Below are positions 8,304 through 16,589 of a stretch of 62,016 nt of DNA, in pieces. The position numbers were made by a program, and so were the translations under genes. The notes beneath the pieces are model-generated. The model saw only the letters and a program-made list of their open reading frames with translations, did not search any database and had not been told where the DNA came from. The first letter of the stretch is position 1. The number at the start of each line of letters is the position of its first letter. Origin of the DNA: Candidatus Omnitrophota bacterium (GTDB lineage: Bacteria > Omnitrophota > Gorgyraeia > Ghiorseimicrobiales > Ghiorseimicrobiaceae); assembly GCA_030681595.1 (NCBI GenBank), contig JAUXSB010000036.1, positions 1 through 62,016 of the forward strand, written 5' to 3'.

Positions 8304-9350
8304 TTAAAGAGCCAGGCCTATAGCAGTAGCCAATAATGAACTTTTGGCTTCGGCTTCTTCTCTTAATGCCGGATTCCGTAATTTAAAATTACCGGCCGGA
8401 CTCCAAAAACTTATTTCTACTTCTAAGCTGGAACTAAAAAATTCATCAATGTCTTTTAGCCTTGCCCCTCCACCGGATAAATATAGCCGGGAGATCTTTT
8501 TTTGGGTCAACCTTTCACAATAATCAAATGAAAGGCGTACCTCATCCAAAATTCCGTTTAAGTTTGAATTTACTATTGTGCTGGCTTCGCTGGACTTATC
8601 CTGGATATTACGCTTTAACTCCTCCGCAGACTTTAAGTCCATATTCATCCTCTCGGAAATTGCCCTGGTTAACTCATAGCCGCCCAGCATGATATCCCGC
8701 GAGAAGCGCACAATATTTTTCTCTAGCACCAATAGCTTAGTAACCTTATGGCCCATGTCCAATAAAGCAACGGGTACATTACCTTTTGCTGAGGCAAAAT
8801 TAAGATGCTGGAAAGCCTCTAATATGGCAAAGCAATCAACGTTTATAGAGCGTGCCGTAAAGCCTGCTTGTTTAACCATCTCTACCCTCTCGGCGATTAT
8901 ACGGCGCTCAGCCCCCACCACCAAAATTAACATCTGGTTATCCAGCGATTTATCCAGCACCTGATAGTCAATAACCATATCTTCCAGCCTGCCGGGGATA
9001 TGTTTGGTTAATTCAAATTCCAATGAACTAATCAAATCTTTCGGGGCCATCTTAGGCATTAACATATAGCGGGTGATGATATTTGTGCCGGAAAAAGAAA
9101 GGTTAACCCCGCCAGAAGTTATGCCGGCAGATTCTACACACTGCCTTATTGCTGCAACAATCGTATCCTTGGGGCTGCCCTCGGCTATGTCTAGAACGGA
9201 AAAAGTAAGCTGGGATTTTTTTTGAGGCCATTTCTTCTTTACCTCTGCGGCCTTAATGCTAAAGGTACCGATATCTAAACCAAAGACGCCGGAAGACACT
9301 GTTTTTTTAGGAGAAAATATATCCTGAATTTTCTTAAAATCAATCTTCAT
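8304..9350 (-). CDS. pilM: type IV pilus assembly protein PilM (actin-like ATPase fold)
   Basis: 348 aa. VFGLDIGTFSIKAAEV phosphate-1 motif, a later LDMGHKVT, and LYLSGGGARL near the C-terminus. Confidence 0.85.
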   Translation of the reverse strand: MKIDFKKIQDIFSPKKTVSSGVFGLDIGTFSIKAAEVKKKWPQKKSQLTFSVLDIAEGSPKDTIVAAIRQCVESAGITSGGVNLSFSGTNIITRYMLMPKMAPKDLISSLEFELTKHIPGRLEDMVIDYQVLDKSLDNQMLILVVGAERRIIAERVEMVKQAGFTARSINVDCFAILEAFQHLNFASAKGNVPVALLDMGHKVTKLLVLEKNIVRFSRDIMLGGYELTRAISERMNMDLKSAEELKRNIQDKSSEASTIVNSNLNGILDEVRLSFDYCERLTQKKISRLYLSGGGARLKDIDEFFSSSLEVEISFWSPAGNFKLRNPALREEAEAKSSLLATAIGLAL

Positions 9351-10918
9351 TTCTTCTCGCCAGACGGGGGATTAGATATAGAAGTCAACGATTTTTTATA
9401 ATATTCCACCGCACTCTTGCGGTCGCCTAAACTCTGGCCGTAGATAACCGCTAAGTTGTAATAAACATCGCGGTCTTCTTCGGTCCCCTTTATGGCCTGC
9501 TTATATTCTTCCGCGGCACGTTCAAATTGAGCAATCTTGGCATAAAGAAAACCTAAATTGTAATGCACATCCTTATTTTCTTTATCATATTTTAAAGCTT
9601 CTACATATTCCTCTATAGCATATTTATATAAGCCTTTGCGTGCGTATAAAAATCCTAGATTTATGTGGATTTGGCTGTCTAATTTAATCTCGCTGGATAC
9701 CAAATCAAGTTGCCGTAAATCAGTGGTGGCAATTTTCTGCAGCGAAGTTAATACGGCATTTTCCCTTTCCAGAACGCCGACTTTACTTTTAAGCTCTAGT
9801 GTATTTTTCTGCTCTGAAAAATTTTTCTCCTGAAGCTTACTTAATTCTTTGGTTAGGCTTACATTTATTTCTTTAAGCGCTTCTGTATCTGCCAATGCCC
9901 GCTTTAATTTCTGCGCAGGCTCCTTCTCTTCCCGGGATTTAAGCTGCTTAGTCAAGTTAGCATTTGTTTCCTTAAGAGACTTTATCTCCGCCTGCGCCTG
10001 CTGGAGCCGGGAAGAAGAATCTGGCACTATCTCTTTTTTCCTGCGTGATTCATCAAACTGCTTAGTCAAGCTAGAGTTAGCTTCTTTGAGAGATACTATC
10101 TCTGCCTTTGTCTGCTCTAATTCGCGGGAAGCTTCCTTTACCGGTTCTTTCTTCCTGCGCACTTCTTCCAATTCTTTAGCCAAGGTGGATTTTTCTTTTT
10201 TGAGCGTATCTATATCCTTAGAGGCCTGCTGGAGCCGGGAAGAAGAATCTGGCACTATCTCTTTTTTCCTGCGTGATTCATCAAACTGCTTAGCCAAGTT
10301 AGAGTTAGCTTCTTTGAGGACATCTACATCTTTTAATGCCTGCTTAAGCTTCTGGGATAATTCCTTCTTTGCCGGGTCTTCTTTGCGTAAATCTGCCAAC
10401 TGACTGCTTAAAGCGGCGTTTTCTTTCTTTAGCAGGGCTATCTCTATAGATGCCTGTTTTAGCCCGGAAGGCTCTACTTTAGAAGCCTTTTTCTGGCGCA
10501 GATGGTCTAATTCCATGGTTAAAGCGGTATTTGATTTTTTTAATGCATCTGCCTCTGCCTGCGCCTGCTGCAGTTTTTGGGAGGTATCCTTTGCCGGTTC
10601 TTTCTTTCTGCGCACTTCTTCCAATTCTTTAGCCAAGGTGGATTTTTCTTTTTTTAGTAACGCTATTTCGGATAGGGCCTGCTTAAGCTTCTGGGATAAT
10701 TCTTCATTAATACCTTTCTTCCTGCGCACTTCTTCCAATTCTTTAGCCAAGGATTCATTCTTTTTATTCAGGACAATGGCTAATTTTTGCGTACGCTCCA
10801 GTTTCTGGCGCAGGCCTTGTTCGTAAAAACTATCGTCGTTCTCTAACGCAGACACGATACCTGTTGCTGTTAAAACCATCATGAAACCGCTGATTAATGT
10901 TAAATATTTTCTGGCCAT
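9347..10918 (-). CDS. secreted or anchored coiled-coil repeat protein with C-terminal TPR repeats (possible PilF/PilW- or FimV-like pilus accessory protein)
   Basis: N-terminal hydrophobic segment. About 350 aa of heptad-rich repeats (KEKSTLAKELEEVRRKKEP..; EANSxLxKQFDESRRKKEIVPDSSSRLQQA). Three TPR units at the end (HINLGFLYARKG.., HYNLGFLYAKIA.., YYNLAVIYGQS..). Confidence 0.6.
   Translation of the reverse strand: MARKYLTLISGFMMVLTATGIVSALENDDSFYEQGLRQKLERTQKLAIVLNKKNESLAKELEEVRRKKGINEELSQKLKQALSEIALLKKEKSTLAKELEEVRRKKEPAKDTSQKLQQAQAEADALKKSNTALTMELDHLRQKKASKVEPSGLKQASIEIALLKKENAALSSQLADLRKEDPAKKELSQKLKQALKDVDVLKEANSNLAKQFDESRRKKEIVPDSSSRLQQASKDIDTLKKEKSTLAKELEEVRRKKEPVKEASRELEQTKAEIVSLKEANSSLTKQFDESRRKKEIVPDSSSRLQQAQAEIKSLKETNANLTKQLKSREEKEPAQKLKRALADTEALKEINVSLTKELSKLQEKNFSEQKNTLELKSKVGVLERENAVLTSLQKIATTDLRQLDLVSSEIKLDSQIHINLGFLYARKGLYKYAIEEYVEALKYDKENKDVHYNLGFLYAKIAQFERAAEEYKQAIKGTEEDRDVYYNLAVIYGQSLGDRKSAVEYYKKSLTSISNPPSGEKK
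9997..10318 (-). repeat. near-identical ~95-bp direct repeats inside the coiled-coil gene
   Basis: 9997-10090 and 10224-10318 differ at only a few positions. A second repeat, ccggttctttcttYctgcgcacttcttccaattctttagccaaggtggatttttctttttt, occurs at 10141-10200 and 10594-10653, with a partial copy at 10713-10752. Confidence 0.9.
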
Positions 10919-10934
10919 TTTTTCCTCTCTTTTT

Positions 10935-12365
10935 CTATTTAATTCTAACCGGCGGACGTATCGGTAACAGCTCTTTCCCTTGGAAAGAGACTGTTTCTTC
11001 GGTCAAATTACGGATTTTATTCATGCGTTCTACCTGCATCAGCTCTGTTGTTGATGTAAGAGCCCCGGAACCAATCAAATGCGGGGTAATAAATATCACT
11101 AATTCTGTCTCGGTAACGCTCTTATCATGGCTCTTAAATAAATTACCCAAAAGCGGTATATCGCCAAGTATCGGTATTTTGGCTTTAGTAAGGCTAAAAT
11201 CTCTCCTGCGCAGCCCTCCTAAGACTATTGTTTCTCCGTCTTTAACCATGACATTGGTCGTGGCCTTACGGTTGGCCACTACAGGCACCCCGCCTACCGG
11301 GTTGCCGCTCTCCGCGCCATACTCTGTATTTACTTCTACGGAAATAAAATTATCCTTGGTAATATGCGGGGTTACCCCCAGTTTTATGCCAATATCCAAA
11401 AACTCGGTTGTGGTAAGCGTACCGCCTCCCTCTGCCTCGCCTGTCGTCTGGTACGGCTTTTTAGTCACGATATCGATTGTTGCTTCCAGATTATCAAGGG
11501 TCACAATACGCGGATTGGCTAAGATCTCTATCTCGGTATTGGTAATAATTGATTGCAGGGTAAAATCTAAATCGGCGCTTTTTAATACCGGATTGCCCCA
11601 CATCGCTGTTGCCCCCCCTGTTACGCTCAACACACTGCCATTTGTAACCTTCCACTTATTACTACCCCCGGCGTTAGGATCCTTAATATTATTCGCCAGC
11701 GTCTCAAGAACGCCCCATTTAAAATTATCGGTAAGCTTTACATCGATTATTAAAGCCTCAATTAATACCTGCGGCGTGTTGATATCCAACTGCAAAGCCA
11801 CTTCTTCAATACGCCTTACCCTTTCTTTTATATCGGTGATAATAAGGCTGTTAGTCCGGATGTCAATATTAGTCTTGCCTCGCGAACTTAAAAGAGAACT
11901 CAACATTCCTTGCACGTCGCTTACCTGGGAAAAATTAAGCCTGATTATCTTGGTTTCAAGGGCGCCGCTTTCCTCTTGCGCATTGCGCCTTCCTAGGCTA
12001 GTAATAATGATAAAGTTACCTTTCTCTATATAAGCCAAATTATAAGTATCTAAGATAACCTCCATGGCTGTTTTCCAGTTGACGTGGGACATTTTTAAAG
12101 TTACCTTTGCCCTCGCATCATCGCTGATAATAATATTTTTGCCGCTAATTTCAGAAAATGCCCGGGCTATATCTTTTATGTCCACATCCCTGTAGTCAAT
12201 ATCAAGAAGTTGGGAGCTATCAACATTCTCAAGGCCTGCTAACGCCACCTGCTCTCCACTAACAGCGTTACCCGCCTCTTCTGCCAAACTCAGCCTCGTA
12301 AAAGCCAGGCAAGCCGCAACAAAAAACAGAATAAATATCCTAAACTTACGCTCTGCTATATTCAT
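10935..12365 (-). CDS. pilQ: type IV pilus secretin PilQ (type II/III secretion system secretin family)
   Basis: 476 aa. Signal peptide, N-domains, and the C-terminal secretin signature ...VVANRKATTNVMVKDGETIVLGGL...IPILGDIPLLGNLFK...TELVIFITPHLI. Confidence 0.88.
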   Translation of the reverse strand: MNIAERKFRIFILFFVAACLAFTRLSLAEEAGNAVSGEQVALAGLENVDSSQLLDIDYRDVDIKDIARAFSEISGKNIIISDDARAKVTLKMSHVNWKTAMEVILDTYNLAYIEKGNFIIITSLGRRNAQEESGALETKIIRLNFSQVSDVQGMLSSLLSSRGKTNIDIRTNSLIITDIKERVRRIEEVALQLDINTPQVLIEALIIDVKLTDNFKWGVLETLANNIKDPNAGGSNKWKVTNGSVLSVTGGATAMWGNPVLKSADLDFTLQSIITNTEIEILANPRIVTLDNLEATIDIVTKKPYQTTGEAEGGGTLTTTEFLDIGIKLGVTPHITKDNFISVEVNTEYGAESGNPVGGVPVVANRKATTNVMVKDGETIVLGGLRRRDFSLTKAKIPILGDIPLLGNLFKSHDKSVTETELVIFITPHLIGSGALTSTTELMQVERMNKIRNLTEETVSFQGKELLPIRPPVRIK

Positions 12366-12430
12366 AGTATCCTCGTTTTCTGCCTAGGGAAGGCATTATC
12401 AGCGCCGAACCCTAAACCGCTTTCGGCAAC

Positions 12431-12850
12431 TCACTCTTTCATTATTAACCTAAAGGTCTTGCCTTCATAACTCAAAGTTACCCCTGTATTATCAATATCT
12501 TCTACTTTAAAGTTATGCCAAATTTGCCCCTCTGTCACAATCTCTTCGTTAATAATCGCCACAGCCTTGCCTTCACGCACCATCAGGCCGCGAAGAGCCA
12601 TCGGAAACATGGCTATTTCTATTTCTTTATCCGGCTTCTTTAACCGGTCATCACCCAGCAGGCTGACAAAGGGATCCCTTAAAACCTTATCTACACCTAT
12701 AACTTCTGCCTTTTCCTCTCTTTTCTTTTCCTCTTTTTGTTCTTCTGCGAAAATATTTGTTTTTATATTAGCAAAATAAACAATAAGCGCAAGCAATAAT
12801 ATATCTATCACCCTGACAATTTTATCTGTGCGTAACGCTGCCTTCATCAT
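12431..12850 (-). CDS. PilP-like small pilus assembly protein
   Basis: 139 aa. N-terminal TM segment, Lys/Glu-rich linker and a C-terminal beta domain (LRGLMVREGKAVAIINEEIVTEGQ...V.L). Position between pilO-like and pilQ. Confidence 0.45.
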   Translation of the reverse strand: MMKAALRTDKIVRVIDILLLALIVYFANIKTNIFAEEQKEEKKREEKAEVIGVDKVLRDPFVSLLGDDRLKKPDKEIEIAMFPMALRGLMVREGKAVAIINEEIVTEGQIWHNFKVEDIDNTGVTLSYEGKTFRLIMKE

Positions 12851-12897
12851 ATCGGCCCAAAATGAAATAAAGCATAAGAATATAATTTAAAACCGTG

Positions 12898-13476
12898 CTA
12901 ATCTGCGCTGAATACGCTTAAAACCAGCGTCACATTGCGTTTTAAGATATCTTTTGTATCTGGTACTATAGTAAGTTCGTCTATCCTAAAAAACCTGTCC
13001 GACTCTTCAATCCGCGCCAAAAACCCTATAAGCTCCCTGTAACCTGCCTTCATCGTGATATTTACGGCATGTTTATACATTAACACCGTGCCTTCTTTAT
13101 TATCCGCCTTCACCGGCTCGGGCGTAAGGCTGGGCCTAATAGAAATAAAATCAACGGCCAATTGTTCGGCTACATGGCTAAGCTTTCCCAGGAAAAAAGT
13201 TATATCTCTCTTCCAAAACAGCCTTTCTTTGCTTTGGGTTATCTCTTGGCTTAAGGTTTCTATCTGTTTTTCCATCTCGGCGTATTGCCTGCGGTAACCC
13301 GAGGCGTCAGGTGCTATCTTTTCCCCTTTTCTAATTTTCGAATTTAACGAAGATAGTTCTTCAACCAGCGGTATAAATATAATGAAAAACCCAATCACCA
13401 AAGCCAAAGCGGCAAAGGCAACTATACCTATAACTATGTATTCCTGCTTTAATGCGCTTTTTTTTGTCAGATACAT
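12898..13476 (-). CDS. pilO: PilO-like pilus assembly protein
   Basis: 192 aa. Single TM, coiled-coil, C-terminal ferredoxin-like region. Gene order is pilN-pilO-pilP-pilQ. Confidence 0.6.
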   Translation of the reverse strand: MYLTKKSALKQEYIVIGIVAFAALALVIGFFIIFIPLVEELSSLNSKIRKGEKIAPDASGYRRQYAEMEKQIETLSQEITQSKERLFWKRDITFFLGKLSHVAEQLAVDFISIRPSLTPEPVKADNKEGTVLMYKHAVNITMKAGYRELIGFLARIEESDRFFRIDELTIVPDTKDILKRNVTLVLSVFSAD

Positions 13477-13512
13477 TCTTTAAATACAGGCAAACCCCGC
13501 TAGATTAATCCG

Positions 13513-14166
13513 TTATTTGATTACCAGGCTTATTTCAAACGCCATTATATCTACCTTAACCCTCTCTACCCTGCCAATCCTTCCCGAAGGGTCGCTGTAT
13601 CCTGCCTCAATATCGCTTTTTTCTAATTTGGTAACCTGACTTATCAAAAGGTCGTTAAAATCAGAGAAAAACTCCTTGTCCTGCTTCATTTTACTAACAA
13701 AAGCGCTTAGGGTGTTTATGGGGGCTATGTTTTCTATGGGCACAAGAAACCCTTTTAAGTTTAAAGCCTCTTTTTGTGCGCCTCTTTGACCCATCCTTAC
13801 AAAACTTATTGCGCTTAGCCCCACCTCTGGCGGCAGAAACGCGCTTATCTGTTTAAGCTTGCTTGACCAAACAAGCCCGCTGGATAAATACCCGCTCAGG
13901 CCGGCTAATTCCTGCTTAAGGCTTACCTGCCTTTTCTTTAAATCTTCTATATTTTCCGACAATAAATCCGATTCTTTCACTTTATCCATCATTTTTGCTA
14001 AAACCTTACCTTCTCTGGCAATCTCAATCCGTATAACAAACCAGACCAGAAAAAACAACAGTATTAAAGAGCCCAGCACCAGCGCCGTTTTACGGATAAG
14101 CAGAATAAGCTCTCCGCTTAATGCCGCAGGGGCTAAATCCGCAGGAAGAAGGTTTATCTTCTGCAC
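13513..14166 (-). CDS. pilN: PilN-like pilus assembly protein
   Basis: 217 aa. The hallmark N-terminal INLLP motif (MQKINLLPADL) followed by a TM helix and coiled-coil. Confidence 0.7.
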   Translation of the reverse strand: MQKINLLPADLAPAALSGELILLIRKTALVLGSLILLFFLVWFVIRIEIAREGKVLAKMMDKVKESDLLSENIEDLKKRQVSLKQELAGLSGYLSSGLVWSSKLKQISAFLPPEVGLSAISFVRMGQRGAQKEALNLKGFLVPIENIAPINTLSAFVSKMKQDKEFFSDFNDLLISQVTKLEKSDIEAGYSDPSGRIGRVERVKVDIMAFEISLVIK

Positions 14167-14168
14167 TT

Positions 14169-14381
14169 TTAGTCCCCTCCGGATAACATCTTGGCAGGCG
14201 ATATCAATTTATTCTTATAATGCAAAATACGCTGGATATCCCTGGAGGTAAAAATACGGTGGTTGTTCCGGTCGCGCCTGACTTCCGGAATTTTCTTACA
14301 TTTAAACCACAAAAATAATGTATTACGCGAAACCCTTACTTTACCTAACACTTCACTGGTAGAATAGAATCTCTGGTTCAT
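14169..14381 (-). CDS. helix-turn-helix DNA-binding protein (excisionase/MerR-like HTH_17 type)
   Basis: 70 aa. YSTSEVLGKVRVSRNTLFLWFKCKKIPEVRRDRNNHRIFTSRDIQRIL fits the HTH_17 pattern. First gene of the pilNOPQ transcription unit. Confidence 0.65.
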   Translation of the reverse strand: MNQRFYSTSEVLGKVRVSRNTLFLWFKCKKIPEVRRDRNNHRIFTSRDIQRILHYKNKLISPAKMLSGGD

Positions 14382-14466
14382 GGCTTCCCTCCGTCAACTA
14401 TTAACAAATGTATGTATCATTATGTATTAATATATATCACCACACATTAAACTTATTTAATGACTA

Positions 14467-14495
14467 TTTGTATCACATAGTGCTTCTCATGTCAA
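14467..14495 (-). promoter_or_regulatory. sigma70-type promoter for HTH-pilN-pilO-pilP-pilQ-TPR-pilM
   Basis: Minus strand: TTGACA - 17 nt - TACAAA, ~85 nt upstream of the HTH start. Confidence 0.5.
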
Positions 14496-14577
14496 GTGTT
14501 ATTTTATTTAGCTGGCTTCCTAAAAGCTTCTGTGGCGCAAGAGGATAACAAGGGATAAATTAGGCGGGCTAGAAATT

Positions 14578-14619
14578 AAAAAATCGAGGTTTACCCGATA
14601 AGGCTTTGTGGCGGGACCT
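14578..14619 (-). terminator. intrinsic terminator after the third beta-helix gene
   Basis: Minus strand: AGGUCCCG-loop-CGGG(UAA)ACCU followed by CGAUUUUUUAAUUU, directly after the stop at 14631. Confidence 0.5.
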
Positions 14620-14630
14620 GGCCCCAGAGG

Positions 14631-16484
14631 TTAATTATCCTGGTAGGAGAGTTCGAGCCAGTTAGATTTGGCGGAATCGATATCAGCCTTCCAGATTAAG
14701 ACCATATTATCGTATATACCGAGGGTGCGGTTCGCCCCCAATTTAGTATTGGCACTATTGGGGATAGTGATGGTACTTGCTGATAGATTTTCTAATATAA
14801 GCAGGTCGCCGTCAGCCTTTCCGTTGGCAATTGCCGTAGTAGTACTTAAGGTATAGCTTGGGTTGGGATCGAAAGGGATATAGCTTGCCGCTCCGGGCGT
14901 TATCGTGCCGCCTGAGCCGGGATTTTGACCTGAAGCCCGCTCAAGAGTAATCTTTTCTTTACCGGTGTATTTGGTGCCGGTACCAGAGTCGCTAATTTTA
15001 GCAGCCGTAAATCCTACCCCGTCAATATAATTAGCAACAAGATAGTTATCATTTTCTAAGGAAGAATTAATTTTTATGCCGTTTACTGCGCCGTCGGCGG
15101 TAGAGCCGCCAATAGAAAAAGATGAAATGAGATTATTATCGGAGTTTCCCTTAATCCAAATCCCAAAGTTACCATCATCGCTGATTAGATTGCCGGTTAG
15201 ATTGTTATTATTAGAGGCAACGACATTGATACTGGCGCAATTAATATCTACTTTTTTGCCATTGGAATATAACAGGTTTGCGGAAATAACGTTGTTGTTT
15301 GAAGAAGACTCCATAGAGATGCCGTTATATGCGTTCTCCTGAATATTATTGCCGGATACAGCATTGCCGGAAGAAGAGTAAAGCCGGATACCAATGCCTT
15401 CCTTCATTTCGCTGGCACTATTATCATATGCCATCCAATGTCTTTGGATATCGTTGGCGGATATAGTATTATTGTTTGATGAGCTAATCATTAGACCGTA
15501 GCCTCCTGACGGGCCAATATGATTACCGGATATAATGTTATTATTAGAAGTACCGAGGACAATATCCTGTAATGCATTATCTTTACAAATATTGCCGGAT
15601 ATAATGTTATTAGCGGAATTTGTCAAGACGAGGCAATAACCTTTGTTACGAAAAATATTATTAGAGATAATATTGCTGTTGGAATTATCAAGCGTTAGGG
15701 CGTAAATATATTCGTCTGGTGCCCCATCCATCCAAACATTATTAATCTTAGATAAAGTCACAGAATTAAAACTTATGCCGACTATACCGTTATAAATCGT
15801 GAGTTGCGAGATGAGTATTCTTGTTACATTTGAGGCGGTAATTCCGTCTATACTAGTGGCAATCTGCAATACCGTGCCTGCGCCTGCGCCAATAAGCGAG
15901 ATGCCGCTTTGCGCAACAGCAGTTGGATTGATAACGATACCTGGCGTTGCAATCGTAACTAAGCCTCCTGTGTCAGGACGAGTATAAGCAAGGTCTGGAG
16001 AAATTTTATCGCTAATATTATAAGTTCCATCCAAAAGATAAACTATGCCCTGTTTTGATTTGTTAACAGGGGTTGTGGCAGAATAAATAATATCAAGGAT
16101 TGCCTGATTTATCTCTTGCTGGTCATCTGTTCCGTCGCAGATATAGTCGGCCCTTTGGGCATCCAAGGAATCGCCTGCGTCATACTGGCCATCCCTATCT
16201 CTGTCCACACCGACTATCTTGGTGGCGACATTTTTATTGGCTGACAACGGTTTCCACTGTGTCCCGTCCCAAACATAAAGCTCCTCATCGATAGAATTAT
16301 AGCGGATTTCGCCTTCGGAACCTGAACCCAAAGTAGAGATATCCACACTATCTAAGCTTACGGTTTTAGCCTTCGTATCGCCAACCACGGTAATGTCTTC
16401 GCCAGCGGCAAAAATCAGGCCACAGGCCACAGGCTGTAGGCTGCAGGCTAAAAAGAAAATTAAAATTAGTTTAGTTAGCTTCAT
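14631..16484 (-). CDS. secreted right-handed parallel beta-helix repeat protein, paralog 1
   Basis: Sec signal peptide MKLTKLILIFFLACSLQPVACGLIFAAG. Many NNIISGN/NNxISxN beta-helix coils. Shared family blocks ADYICDGTDDQQEINQAI, VYLLDGTYNIS, LIGAGAGTVL, ILISQL, TKYTGKEKITLE, and a C-terminal GDLLILEN...LIW...WLEL module. Confidence 0.8.
   Translation of the reverse strand: MKLTKLILIFFLACSLQPVACGLIFAAGEDITVVGDTKAKTVSLDSVDISTLGSGSEGEIRYNSIDEELYVWDGTQWKPLSANKNVATKIVGVDRDRDGQYDAGDSLDAQRADYICDGTDDQQEINQAILDIIYSATTPVNKSKQGIVYLLDGTYNISDKISPDLAYTRPDTGGLVTIATPGIVINPTAVAQSGISLIGAGAGTVLQIATSIDGITASNVTRILISQLTIYNGIVGISFNSVTLSKINNVWMDGAPDEYIYALTLDNSNSNIISNNIFRNKGYCLVLTNSANNIISGNICKDNALQDIVLGTSNNNIISGNHIGPSGGYGLMISSSNNNTISANDIQRHWMAYDNSASEMKEGIGIRLYSSSGNAVSGNNIQENAYNGISMESSSNNNVISANLLYSNGKKVDINCASINVVASNNNNLTGNLISDDGNFGIWIKGNSDNNLISSFSIGGSTADGAVNGIKINSSLENDNYLVANYIDGVGFTAAKISDSGTGTKYTGKEKITLERASGQNPGSGGTITPGAASYIPFDPNPSYTLSTTTAIANGKADGDLLILENLSASTITIPNSANTKLGANRTLGIYDNMVLIWKADIDSAKSNWLELSYQDN
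16416..16449 (-). repeat. CAGGC/GCCTG word repeat inside the signal-peptide coding region of beta-helix paralog 1
   Basis: caggccacaggccacaggctgtaggctgcaggct encodes part of the hydrophobic core (SLQPVACGL). Confidence 0.7.
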
Positions 16485-16498
16485 CTATTTGTCTCCCG

Positions 16499-16575
16499 CT
16501 TCAAGCTCCAAGCCGTATGTTTTAAGCCTGAAGCTTGCGGCTTTGGCTAATTGGAAGCCAAACCACTGCCCTCTG
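16499..16575 (-). repeat. two adjacent word hairpins: a CAAGC/GCTTG type, plus a GGCTTTGGCT..AGCCAAACC unit related to the terminal tandem repeat
   Basis: cttcaagctccaagccgtatgttttaagcctgaagcttg, followed by ggctttggctaattggaagccaaaccactgcc. Compare ggctttggctaagcggaaagccaaaccattgcc at 61909-62016. Confidence 0.75.
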
Positions 16576-16589
16576 GCTTGCGGCTATGA

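Noticed and set aside
8017-8323. Two overlapping small ORFs (69 and 82 aa), and the possibility of a housekeeping ncRNA (RNase P RNA, tmRNA, 6S, SRP) in the 440-nt pilM-pyrR spacer.
   Set aside because: The ORFs have no motif support. The spacer is explained by a terminator, a promoter, the PyrR attenuator and word hairpins (GATTACRCCGATT). I found no conserved core of RNase P RNA (GAGGAAAGUCC), the tmRNA tag/tRNA-like end, or SRP.
10897-12033. 378-aa plus-strand ORF. Similar long antisense ORFs occur at 3412-3960, 6277-7068, 9849-10403, 26939-27592, 39468-40001, 44280-44774 and 45089-45742.
   Set aside because: Each lies entirely opposite a well-supported minus-strand gene (pilQ, EndoQ-like, pyrB, the coiled-coil gene, the ATPase, gyrA, gyrB). 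The translations are low-complexity, Ser/Leu/Pro-rich and contain no recognisable motif. These are shadow ORFs.
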